Origin: the human T2T-CHM13v2.0 reference genome, Homo sapiens
DNA length: 64,000 nucleotides
Strand: one strand, 5' to 3'
Assembly: GCF_009914755.1 (NCBI RefSeq)
Contig: NC_060943.1
Shown: piece after piece, positions 1-20,020 of the stretch
Numbering within the stretch: the stretch's first letter is position 1
Layout: the number at the start of each line of letters is the position of its first letter
The notes under the pieces: generated by a model
What the model was told of the DNA's origin: nothing
The model's database searches: none
The model's input: the letters and a program-made list of their open reading frames with translations, nothing else
Position numbers and translations under genes: made by a program

Positions 1-334
1 GATTGTCTCCTCCTTAATGAGAATGTCCTCCACCGAGGGCAAGTACAAAGCCTTTTCCACCTGTGGATCTCACCTCTGTGTGGTCTCCTTGTTCTATGGA
101 ACAGGACTTGGGGTCTATCTGAGTTCTGCTGTGACCCATTCTTCCCAGAGCAGCTCCATGGCCTCAGTGATGTACGCCATGGTCACCCCCATGCTGAACC
201 CCTTCATCTACAGCCTGAGGAACAAGGATGTGAAGGGGGCCCTGGGGAGACTCCTTAGCAGGGCAGCCTCTTGTCTCTTACGGTACACAACCTCAGAACT
301 AAGAGGATGCTATGGGTCCCTTAAGCAAATGTGA
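1..334 (+). pseudogene. OR7D1P: 3' end (TM6-TM7, C-terminus) of a family 7D olfactory receptor, OR7D4-like; 5' part lies outside the window
   Basis: Frame 2 reads [35 protein letters not shown]...[21 protein letters not shown], with the OR motifs KAFSTCxSH and [12 protein letters not shown], very close to OR7D4. Symbol and pseudogene status are inferred from position upstream of OR7E24. Confidence 0.65.
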
Positions 335-428
335 ATGCGCATATCCTAGATCTTGCTCTCCCCTAAAATATATGTTGCAGTTTCCTATTTTCAAAGCACC
401 TACGACTTTGCTTAAAATGTTTTTGTAT

Positions 429-734
<306 letters not shown>

Positions 735-813
735 TTAGGTTGGTGCAAAAGTCATTGCAGTTTTGCCATCAAAAGTAATGGCCAAAACTGCAATGACTTT
801 TGCACCCACCTAA
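735..813. mobile_element. MADE1 (Hsmar1-derived MITE)
   Basis: TTAGGTTGGTGCAAAAGT...ACTTTTGCACCCACCTAA, an ~80-bp palindromic element flanked by TA. Confidence 0.9.
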
Positions 814-1361
814 TATATTTCTGCTGAAGAGCTCTCTCAGTAATTCCTTTTAAAGTTTTCTTCTCTGCACATAGTCCTTAAAGTTCCATCTTTGATCCAT
901 TTTTTTAGTGCCATTCCTGAGATTTCTAACTTGACATTATAAAACTCTTCATGTCAAATGCTGACACGCGTCCTCGAAAATGATCCATTTGAATGTTACT
1001 GTTTCATCTTAATTTGGTTTTGCTCGTTATCCCTGGAAGAAATAAAATGAAATTCATAAAATATTCAAAGCAAAGTACTTACCATATCAAAACTCTGCTT
1101 ACTAGTTTACATCTATAAACTATTTCATCCTAAAAACCTTTCTTTGAGTTATTTTCTCTCATTCACTCTATTTCTCAGAGGAAGAGATTGAGTTGAGGTC
1201 GGCTATATCAGGCAGTGTGACACTGCAGCCCCACTACTAACTTTGCTGACCCGAATTTCATAAAAATACTCAGGAGCTTTTCAAGTTGAAAGCTGGGATC
1301 TAGATTCACAGGCTGGTTCATTCATAAAATTCATAGAGATTAGTGCTTCGGAGTACCCTGA

Positions 1362-1812
<451 letters not shown>

Positions 1813-1814
1813 TA

Positions 1815-5350
<3,536 letters not shown>

Positions 5351-5680
5351 TGGCAGAAAGTAGGGTTCAATCTACTTTCCTTTGCATCGAGTTTGTTCTT
5401 GGAAGGGTTTAGTTTGTTGTGCTGTGAAACACCTTATTAATAACATCCACTTGGCAGCAGAATGTGTTAGCCTAGGGTTCAATCTGTCTAAGTGGTGGTT
5501 GTCAGAGAGATCATTGGGTTTATAAAAAGGTCACAAAGGCAAGATTATGTTTGACAGAGCCCTGCTCATGAACATTCAGTTCCTCAGCAGACCAGCCTCT
5601 TGTCCATGACAGATCAAGGTCTCAGAACTAAGTGGATGTTGTAGGTCCATTAGGCAAATGTGAATTTAAATATCCCGGCT

Positions 5681-5998
<318 letters not shown>

Positions 5999-6426
5999 TA
6001 AATATCCTGGCTCTTTTTCTCCTGAAAATCACATGCTTCATTTTTACTCTTCCCAAAACACTTGTGATTTGGCTTTTGCTACATGTTTTTACTTTAGGTT
6101 CTCTCAGTAACTCCCTTGGTAATTTCCTTCTAACTTTTCCGTTTTATATACAGTCTTTAAAGTTCCATCTTTGGTCCATTTTCTTAGAGCCACTCTTGAG
6201 AGTTCTCACGTGTTGTTTGAAACACTTATCATATCGAGTGCTGATATGATGACATGCTTTCCTCAAAAATTACCCATTTGCATGTTAGCACCCTTCACCT
6301 AAACTTGGTTGTGTTCTTGTTTCCTCTGGAAGAAATTGGATGAAAATCATACAATAGTCAAGGCAACGTGTTTCCCTTTTAGGATTGTGCTTGTTGCTTT
6401 ACATGTATGGCTTTATTTAATCCTGA

Positions 6427-6747
<321 letters not shown>

Positions 6748-7009
6748 CTGAAAACATTTCTTTGACATGTCTTTTCTCATTCACCTTGTTCCACAAAGGA
6801 AGAAGCAGATAGAGGTGAACTATAACCTGGCAACTTGACGTTGAGACCACACTCCAACTTTGCTATCCTTTATTTCATAAGAACAGTGATGTGATTTTTC
6901 ACATCAAATTAGGAATGTAGATTTGTAAGCTTGTTTGTTCTGATGATTCATAGTAATGAACTGCCTAGAATAACTGAGACGTTGCTTCCTTCTTTGTGAT
7001 TATTCCTTT

Positions 7010-7150
7010 TCTTCCCTCCCTCCCTCCTTTTTTACTTTCTTCCTTTCCTCTTCTTTCTTCCCTCATTCCCTCCTCTTTCTTCCCTCATTCCCTCCTCTTT
7101 CTTCTCTCATTCCCTCCTTCCTTCTTGTCTTTCTTTCTTTCCTTCTTTAT
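7010..7150. repeat. CT-rich low-complexity repeat
   Basis: Repeated TTCTTCCCTCATTCCCTCCTCT units. Confidence 0.85.
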
Positions 7151-7542
7151 TTGACCTTTATTTCCCATAATTGCAGTTTTATGATCTAACCCCAGATTGT
7201 AGAACATGTAATAATTATACGATAGAAAAGATTTGTTCTCTCATATAGTTTAATTTTCTTCTGAGACTTTCTGGAGATGTCTTCAGGAATGGAAGCCACA
7301 GAATGTGGACTGTGTTTGGGATGCAGTTCACCCTTTTGATGAGAACTGGTAGAACTGGGTCTGCAGTGAAGGATGGGGTAGTAGATGGTGTCAGGGTTCA
7401 TCCCACATCCCTAAGACCCTCCCGCCATCTCCACACACACCATCCTGTCTGCCAATGGTCAGCATCAGCTGAGGGATCCACTTTCCCCAATGCATGGTGG
7501 CAGAAAGGTAATGAATGCTTACAATTTTATGTTGCTCTGGCA

Positions 7543-7806
7543 TTTTTTTTTTTTTTTTTGAGCCAGTGTCTCACAGTATTGTGCAGGCTGGAGTACAGTG
7601 GCTCACTGAAATCTTGAACTCCTGGGCTCAAGTGATCCTCCTCAGTCTCCCAAGTAGCTGGGACTACAGGCATGCATCATCACACCCAGTTAGGGGGTCT
7701 CTCTATGTGACTCAGGCTTGTCTTGAAATCCTGGCCTCAAACCAGGATTGGCCACCTTGGCTTCCTGAAGCACTGGGATTGTAGGTGTGAACCACTGCAC
7801 CTGGCA
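7543..7806 (-). mobile_element. Alu (AluJ, internally deleted)
   Basis: Reverse AluJ-like sequence with poly-T. Confidence 0.85.
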
Positions 7807-9106
7807 GGCATCTATTTTGAATACAGGCTTAGCTTTCTGATGCTAGAGGCAGGGTTCCATTGCCTTTGACACAGTTTCCAATTCCACACCACCCTCAAAT
7901 GGCTCAAGCTGGTGCAATTGTTGCTCCTTGCATCATCCTTTGAAAGTGCAAGTTGTAAAAGTTTATGGATTCACCTCAGAGGTTTTATCTGAGAAGTTGC
8001 CTCAAGCAGTTAGAAGATACAGCTTCCTGATGCAACTTCAGCTGCAGAGACCAGGGAAGGAGGGGAGGCCTTAGAGGCCTGAGACTTCTGCTGGCATCCT
8101 TCTCACCAGGCTGCCTCCTCCCGGGAGAGTCCCTCCTTCAGCCCCAGTCCCTGTGCAGGAGCCTGGTTTCTGGAAAAGGCCCCACAGCCTGGTGGACACA
8201 GACCCAATTCCAGTATCAGACCCATCAGTGACCACTGTGTTGGGATTCAACAGCCTCTCCAGACTGTGATTCTCACTGGCAAAATAAAAAATCTGTCTGT
8301 CTTTATTTGATCAGGAGTACTAAGGCTCCAATGAGACAGTGTATTTGAAAAACCTTGGGAATCCACTCTCCAAAGCCTAGCAGGTTTTGTTACTATTATC
8401 CAACTCAATGTACAATTCTAAGGTAAATTGAAAAAATGTATAAATCCATTAAAAAGAAAAGTTGAAGGTCTCACATTTCCTGGTTTCCAAATAAACTACA
8501 AAGATCCAGGAATTAAAACAGTGTGGTACTATAATACATAAAGACACATATACAGAAAAATGGAAGAGTAAAGAGAGCCCAGAAAGAAACTCTCACTTAT
8601 ATGGTCACATGATTTTCCACATGGGTGCCAAGAACATTCATTGGGAAAAAGACAGCCTTTTCAACAAACGGTGTAGGAAAAACTTGATTTCAAAATGCAG
8701 AAGAATGAAGGTGGGTTCTTACCTTACACCATATGCAAAAGTTAACACAAAATGGATCAAAGGCCTAAACCTAAATTCCAAACCTATAAAATTCTTAAAG
8801 AAAACATTGATCAATACCTTCATGACATTGGATTTGGTAATGATTTGATCAATACCTTCATGACACTGGATTTCTTAGTGATTTCTTGAATATGTCACCA
8901 AAAGCACAGACAACAATATATAGATAACTTGGACTACATCAAAATTAAAAAACCTTTGTAACTCAAAGGATATACTATCATCAGAGTCAAAAGTTAACCC
9001 AGGGAATAGGAAAATATATCTGTAAATCATATATATATGCTTAGAGGCTAACAACCAAACAATATTAAGAACTCCTACAACTCAGCAACCAAACAAATGC
9101 CCATTA

Positions 9107-9265
<159 letters not shown>

Positions 9266-9803
9266 TTAGCGGGCGGGTGGCCTGCACCTATAGTCCCAGC
9301 TACTCAGGAGGCTGAGTCACGAGAATCGCTTGAACCCGGGTGGTGAAGTTTGCAGTGAGCCAAGATCATGCCACTGCATTCCAGCCTGGGTGACAGAGCA
9401 AGACTCCGTCTCAATAAAGAAAAAAAAAAATTGGGCAGAGGACTTGAATAGACATTTCTCTAAAGAACATATGCAAATGGCCAATGAGCATACAAAATGA
9501 TACCCAGCATCACTCATCAATAGGGGCATGCAAATAAAAATCACAATGAGATACCACCCAATAGGATGGCTATTAAGAACAAACAAGCAAAAAAACCTGT
9601 CGAGTTTTGGTGAAACTGTAGGGAAGGAGGAATGCTTACACAGGGCTATGGAAATGTAAAATGGTGCAGCAGTATGAAAATCCATATGATGGTTCCTCAT
9701 AAAATGAAAAATAGAACTACCATAGGATGCTGCAAGTTCACTTCTGGGTGCATACTTAAAAGGATCGAAAACAGGGATTTGAACAGATATTTGTATAACC
9801 ATG

Positions 9804-10752
<949 letters not shown>

Positions 10753-11399
10753 CCATGTTTATAGCAGCGTTATTCACAATAGCTAAATATATGGAAGCGA
10801 CACAAGCGTCCACCAACAGATGACTGGAGAAACACAATGAGATCCATCCATACAATGGAATATTTTTCAGCTTTAAACAGGAAGGCACTTCTGACACATG
10901 ATACAACAGGGATGAATCTAGACAACATTATGCTCAGTGAAAGAAACCAATCACCAAAGGGCAAATACAGACTGATTCTATTTATGTCAAGTATTTTGTG
11001 CAGTTAGATTTGTAGAAACAGTAATCAGAATGGTGGTTGCTAGTGGTTAGCGAGTTGAAGGAAAGGATTTTGTTTAATGGTTGCTGAGTTTTTGTTTTGT
11101 AGGATAGAAAAGTTCTGGAGATGGATGGTGAGGATGGTTGTACAACATTGTGAATCTACTTCATGCCACTGAGCTATATACTTTAAAATGATGAAAATGA
11201 TAAAATGTTGTATTTACCATTTTATATAAAACCATTTATATGTATAATTTTAACATTTATATGCAATATCTTTTATATAATAAAAAGGAAAATAAAAAGT
11301 AGACAGATCTTAATAAAAAATAAATGAAAGAAGTGAATAGTACACTCAGGATTCCTCCTGAGTGGAGGAAGAGCCCAAAAGCTTCTGTGGACATTCATT

Positions 11400-11690
11400 T
11401 CCTCTTCTTCTTCCTCTGTTAATATGGGGCAGTCCTTAGAGACTGGGGAACATGGACCAGTTTGGCTAATGAGGAGCTCTGTGCCTTGAGCCCCCAAGGC
11501 CCTAGAATAGTAAATACTCAGCCTATGCCTCCAGCCCTGCAGTGTGAGCTTCCAGTCCAGTGGGCTCCACACCTGTCGTCTGCATCAGGAGGCTCATGTC
11601 TGACCCTGTCTTCCTGCCAGTCCTGAGGACGGAGCCTGAGCCTCCATCGTGCACCACACAGGGAGGACAGCGGACCTACTCTCCATGGTC
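11400..11690 (+). promoter_or_regulatory. Putative OR7E24 promoter and 5'UTR with homeodomain-type TAATGA site (11467-11472)
   Basis: Highly similar to the inverted paralog region 32974-33260, which also keeps TAATGA at 33192-33197; TAATGA-type sites are typical of OR promoters. Confidence 0.5.
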
Positions 11691-11719
11691 ATGGCCCAGC
11701 AGAGGGGAAGCGCAGCTCA
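11691..11719 (+). CDS. OR7E24: Upstream coding mini-exon of OR7E24 (MAQQRGSAA+CA)
   Basis: GTCATGG Kozak context, 29 nt to donor CA|GTGAGT (11720). Phase 2 matches acceptor AG|G at 15286/15287. An extra in-frame ATG lies at 11685. Confidence 0.7.
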
Positions 11720-13868
11720 GTGAGTGCTGAGGGACGGTTGGGAGCCTTGTTTCCTCATCCTCAGCACAAACAGGACAGTGGGGTGGCAGATGGGAGGACA
11801 CCAATGTGCAAAATGTCAGCTCAGACGACTGTGGAGTTTATGTTCGGGGTTTATTTTCAGGGTTTATGTTCAGGGTTGTGTGTGTGGTCTTTCATTTCAT
11901 ATTGCTGCACTATTTTACATTTCCATACTCCCTTACAAGCATTCCTACTTCTCTATGGTTTCACCAAAACTTGACAGGTTGTTTTGTTCATTTGCTCTTA
12001 ATAGCCATCCTATTGGGTGGTATCTCATTGTGTTTTTTATTTGCATGTCCCTGCCAATGAGTGATGTTGAATATCACTTTGTATGCTCATTGGCTGTTTG
12101 TATATGTTCTTTAGAGAAATGATTATTGAAGTCCTCTGCCCACTTTTAATGGGGTATTTGTTTTGTTGTTGAGTTGTAGGAGTTCTTGGTGTAGTTTCTT
12201 TGTTAGCCTCTTAGCATATAGATGATTTGCAAATATATTTTCCTATTCCCTGGGTTAACTTTTGACTCTGATGAAATTTTACATTCCTCCCATGCTGATT
12301 GAACTTCCCATAGACATCTCACCCAGGATAGCAAAAAGTGGGTCCCTCTAAACTGTGCCCTAAACACAACAAAAAGTTTATAAAGGTGATGTTGAGGATG
12401 AGGAGGAAGATGCCAGTCACCATGACATCATGAATTCTTACTGAGGGCTTCCTAAATGCATGGATCTCAGCTCTGTGTTTTGTATAGCTTGTTTCATTTC
12501 ATCTTCATAATTTTTCCTGAGTTATAGCTGCACACATTATTATTATTATTGTACAGAGGAGGAAAGGAGCAATGCATTTTTATATAGCTCGTACCAGATC
12601 ATGAGGTAGAAAGAGGTGAAGCCACATTTGCACCAGGCAGTCTAAGTCCAGACACATAGCATTTGGCCAGGCCTCTCTCTGCATCCAACCTTCCCCCCCT
12701 CGAATCCGTGTCACACCCAGCAGGTGCCCCTGCTAACTGTACCCTTCCCTTTGGGGCTTCCTGGTAGACCACAGCTAGACCAGTGGGTGCCACGTTCACT
12801 GTGTCAAGTATAGAAAGGGCAGCTGAGATCACATCAAAGATCCCAGAAAGAACTGGCACAGGATCACTCAGGGCGCATCTCTCCCTTGCCCCTGTTTCTG
12901 GCTTTCCTTGCAGCTCTCTACTTCCTCAAAGGAGAAATAAAATCAGGGTCTTGGAATCCATTTCTATTCAGGAAACCGGAAATAGTTTCAAAATGCGCTT
13001 CAGATGCACCTGTGCTTAAGACCTCTGGCCATTGCTTAAAACTTTCTGAGAGCTGGGAAACAATGAAGAAGTTTAGTGCCAGAGACTCAAAGACCAACCA
13101 TTTAATTCCAAATCCTGCCCATGCCCCTGATCTGTGTGACAAGGGGTGAGATGTCTGTGTCTCTGAGGCTCAACACTATCATCTGAGTTGATTTCTGGTA
13201 GATCCCACTGCAGTGAGCAATGATTAAACAGACCGTGTGTGCTCCTGTGTGATCCCTATGTGATGGATGCATAAAGTGAAGTGTATTCTACATGTTTTCT
13301 ATTAATATTCCAAGGTTAATCTCCATACCATTGAACTGAAATATCCAGGAACCTAGCTATGGTTCCCAATGTCTCTGACAGGACATTTAATTTTTGCCCT
13401 TATATAAGTAAGTACTGAGGATTGTGAGAGGAATATTTGAGTTTCTTTCAACTCTGATTTCCCAGAGCCTGTATCTTGCTTGGTACAGAGGAGACACCAA
13501 AAATTAGAATCTCTGTTACATATTGAATAGACCCTTCCTTAGTTCACAAAACTGGCTGTGATCAGTGTGACTTCAACACACTCACTGCTTTCCTATCTGT
13601 ACTTTCATTCCTTCCAGGAATGTGTCACAAACTAGGCAGAAGGTAAAATAGCACTTTTTTGTGTCTATATTATGGACACATAATAATAGCATCTACAACA
13701 TTCAATTACTTAAAGACCATGGCAGAGATTTTTACAGGCATAAAAAAAGAGAAAAGGATGCAGAAGGAAGTGGGGGCAGGTAAACCTTATTGTTTAGATC
13801 AAGATACATTTTAGAGTTTCACATGATTCCAGCCACAACGAAAGTAATGCCAAAGTATTTTAACATTA

Positions 13869-14176
<308 letters not shown>

Positions 14177-14299
14177 TTAAAAGCATTTTAACATTATATT
14201 AATGTTCTGTCATCCACAGGTACGTTGCACACTATCAACATCTTTGCTATCAGTGATGTCCTGGTAATTATGTGCATTTAACTAAACCTTCCTTTTAAT

Positions 14300-14596
14300 T
14301 ACTTATTGATTTAATAGTCAAGGTCTCACTCTGCCACTCTGCCTAGAGTGCGGTGGTATGATCATGGTTCAGTGCAGCCTCGAACTCCAGGGCTCAAGCG
14401 ATTCTCCTGACTCAGCCTCCTGAGTAGCTGGGACTACAGGGCGGCGCCACCATGCCTGTCTAATTTTTTAGTTTTTTGTAAAGATGGGGTTTTGCTGTGT
14501 TTTCCAGGCCGGTCTTAAACTCACATCCTCAAGCAATCCTCCTGCCTTGGCCTCCCAAAGTGCTAGGATTCCAGGTGTGAGCCACCACCCTGGGCT
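14300..14596 (-). mobile_element. Alu (AluJ)
   Basis: Reverse AluJ-like. Confidence 0.9.
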
Positions 14597-15245
14597 ACTT
14601 TCTTATCAAAACTCCAAGTCCACCTAAGGCAAGGACAGGAATTATAATTAAGTGAATTTTAAAAGAAAGCCCACATATTTGAGTGAGTACTTACTTCCAT
14701 GAAGAATGAAAGTCAGAAAACGTAAGAATGATGGAAACCGTAGAATATAACTGGTATGTAAAGATGTTTTCTGGCTATGAACTATGAACTTTCATTGAGT
14801 TTTGAGACAACATGATCCTAGATCTCATTGAGTGTTGATAAATATCCTCAATCAATGGAATTTGTAGAATTGTATTAGAATAAAACAAGACATAGCTGAC
14901 TCCTTCTTAGTATCCTTTCAATGGATTTAATCTTTTTCTTAAAGGGGCAAGAATATTTTTGTTGTATATTTTTTCCTGATAAATTAGGCTATATTTTACC
15001 GTGATCATGGATTTCTAAAATCTCTAATGTTTTTGCTCTCCTAACATTCTTCAATAGACTGTCTCTAAGTTAAGTGTATACAGAAAGAGGTGAATAACAC
15101 AAAATCAATTATGAAGTAACTCTAAGGAAATTGGGTTTGTCACAACTGAGAACTATTGCTGAGGGTGTATAATCCTATGTGAAAACTTAATTTCTTAATT
15201 GCTTGTATCCAAAATATAGACACAGTGCTAGATGCTGGTTTACTT

Positions 15246-16265
15246 ATGTCCTATTTTCCAATTCTCTTTTTTTTTTTCCTCAAAAGGTGTCCGAGCTACA
15301 CAGAGCCACAGAATCTCACAGGTGTCTCAGAATTCCTCCTCCTGGGACTCTCAGAGGATCCAGAACTGCAGCCGGTCCTCGCTGGGCTGTTCCTGTCCAT
15401 GTACCTGGTCACGGTGCTGGGGAACCTGCTCATCATCCTGGCTGTCAGCTCTGACTCCCACCTCCACACCCCCATGTACTTCTTCCTCTCCAACCTGTCC
15501 TTGGCTGACATCGGTTTCACCTCCACCACGGTCCCCAAGATGATTGTGGACATGCAAACTCACAGCAGAGTCATCTCCTATGAAGGCTGCCTGACTCAGA
15601 TGTCTTTTTTTGTCCTTTTTGCATGTATGGATGACATGCTCCTGAGTGTGATGGCCTATGACCGGTTTGTGGCCATCTGTCACCCCCTGCACTACCGAAT
15701 CATCATGAACCCACGCCTCTGTGGCTTCTTAATCTTGTTGTCTTTTTTTATTAGTCTTTTGGACTCCCAGTTGCACAATTTGATTATGTTACAGCTCACC
15801 TGCTTCAAGGATGTGGACATTTCTAATTTCTTCTGTGACCCTTCTCAACTCCTCCACCTTAGGTGTTCCGACACCTTCATCAATGAAATGGTCATATATT
15901 TCATGGGTGCCATATTTGGCTGTCTCCCTATCTCAGGGATCCTTTTCTCTTACTATAAAATTGTTTCCCCCATTCTGAGAGTTCCAACATCAGATGGGAA
16001 GTATAAAGCCTTCTCCACCTGTGGCTCTCACCTGGCAGTTGTTTGCTTATTTTATGGAACAGGGCTTGTAGGGTACCTCAGTTCAGCTGTGTTACCATCC
16101 CCCAGGAAGAGTATGGTGGCTTCAGTGATGTACACTGTGGTCACCCCCATGCTGAACCCCTTCATCTACAGCCTGAGGAACAAGGACATTCAAAGTGCCC
16201 TGTGCAGGCTGCATGGCAGAATCATCAAATCTCATCATCTCCATCCTTTTTGTTATATGGGATAG
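15246..16265 (+). CDS. OR7E24: Olfactory receptor 7E24: 339-aa single-exon ORF; main exon starts at 15287 in the 335-aa split model
   Basis: Uninterrupted 7TM ORF with NLT glycosylation site, [36 protein letters not shown] and [12 protein letters not shown]; the N-terminus [22 protein letters not shown] matches my memory of OR7E24. Confidence 0.93.
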   Translation: MSYFPILFFFFLKRCPSYTEPQNLTGVSEFLLLGLSEDPELQPVLAGLFLSMYLVTVLGNLLIILAVSSDSHLHTPMYFFLSNLSLADIGFTSTTVPKMIVDMQTHSRVISYEGCLTQMSFFVLFACMDDMLLSVMAYDRFVAICHPLHYRIIMNPRLCGFLILLSFFISLLDSQLHNLIMLQLTCFKDVDISNFFCDPSQLLHLRCSDTFINEMVIYFMGAIFGCLPISGILFSYYKIVSPILRVPTSDGKYKAFSTCGSHLAVVCLFYGTGLVGYLSSAVLPSPRKSMVASVMYTVVTPMLNPFIYSLRNKDIQSALCRLHGRIIKSHHLHPFCYMG

Positions 16266-17102
16266 AAATGGCAGCAAAATTTAACACCTAGGCCTGCAAA
16301 TTCTGCCTCCTTGGTCACATTATTTTGGTTGCTTGATGGCTTTCATTCCTCTCTGGGTTTCGTATGTGAATATTGCTTGCTTTGTTTTGTCTTTAATTGC
16401 AATGGGTGAGTATTCTGGTATCCTTTGTTCATCATACACATCATGAATGATTCCAATATACCTAGACAGCCTCCTTTAGTATCTGTGCAATGACCTTGAT
16501 ATCCAGGTGCAATCACAATCTTTTCTGATAGACTTGAAATCCTCACTTAACTTTGTCAAGAGGTTTTTGGAAACTGCAACTTTAAAAAAAAAGCGCAGCA
16601 GGTCCTGAAATAAGTTCATTTTGTTCAATGTTGTTTAGTTTTAATTTTGGTGAGAAATGAATAAATTGGTTTCATGGTTCATCGTTTTGCTTGAATTGTG
16701 GTTTCTAATTTTCTGTGGAGGATGTTAAGTGAGGACTTATCGTACTTCGTATTTACCTCCCTTTCTACAGTTCCTGTGTAATTTCTGTCCAAATCGCATC
16801 TAGGAAATCACTTTAGGCAGCTTACGTATGATGATGTCTATCAATGGTCCTCACATTTGGTTTTATTGAAATCACCTGGGGACCTCACAAATACTGAGGC
16901 CTGGGTGTCATTACCAAAATTTACTTGGACCTGTGTGGGTTGAGGAATTTTAAAAGCACCAGAAATAGTTCAGGTGATGATGTTTCTAAAGGGACGGAGC
17001 TACAATGGGTAAGTTACAAAAGAATGTAGCACCAGGCAACGTGATTCATTCAAATATCTTCTTAAAACGCATTATTGTTCAGCACTGTAGAAATTTACAT
17101 TA

Positions 17103-17431
<329 letters not shown>

Positions 17432-17659
17432 AATTAACATTATGTTGTTTTTTTACCACTATAATTTTTATTGTACATTTATTCAGCATATATTTATACA
17501 CATACAGTTTTTTCTCCTCTTTCACTCTTGTGCATACATAGAAAGGGAAATAGAAAAGAATAACATGGTAACAGTATCACTGTAGCTTCACATTCAGAGA
17601 CTAATTTTTGAAATTTGCTATAGTTTTAGTTTTTATAAACAAAATGTGATATATATATA

Positions 17660-18440
<781 letters not shown>

Positions 18441-18536
18441 ATTGATGGCTATTTTAAATGGAACTTTTGAAAATTAAATTATAACTGTTTTAGTGTATAG
18501 AAATAGAGTTTTTTTTTTTGGCATAAAGAACTTCAT

Positions 18537-18800
<264 letters not shown>

Positions 18801-18824
18801 TCATGCAGTCACGCAATATACCCA

Positions 18825-19873
<1,049 letters not shown>

Positions 19874-20020
19874 ACAACAAAACTGCACATGTACTTTCTG
19901 AATCTAAAATAAAATAAAATGGCCGGGCATGGTGGCTCACGCCTGTAATCCCAGCACTTTGGGAGGCTGAGGCAGGCAGACCACTTGAGGTCAGGAGTTC
20001 GAGACCAGCCTGGTCAACAG

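Noticed and set aside
15296-15692. Antisense and alternative-frame ORFs recurring over each OR gene
   Set aside because: They are shadows of the conserved OR TM1-TM3 codons
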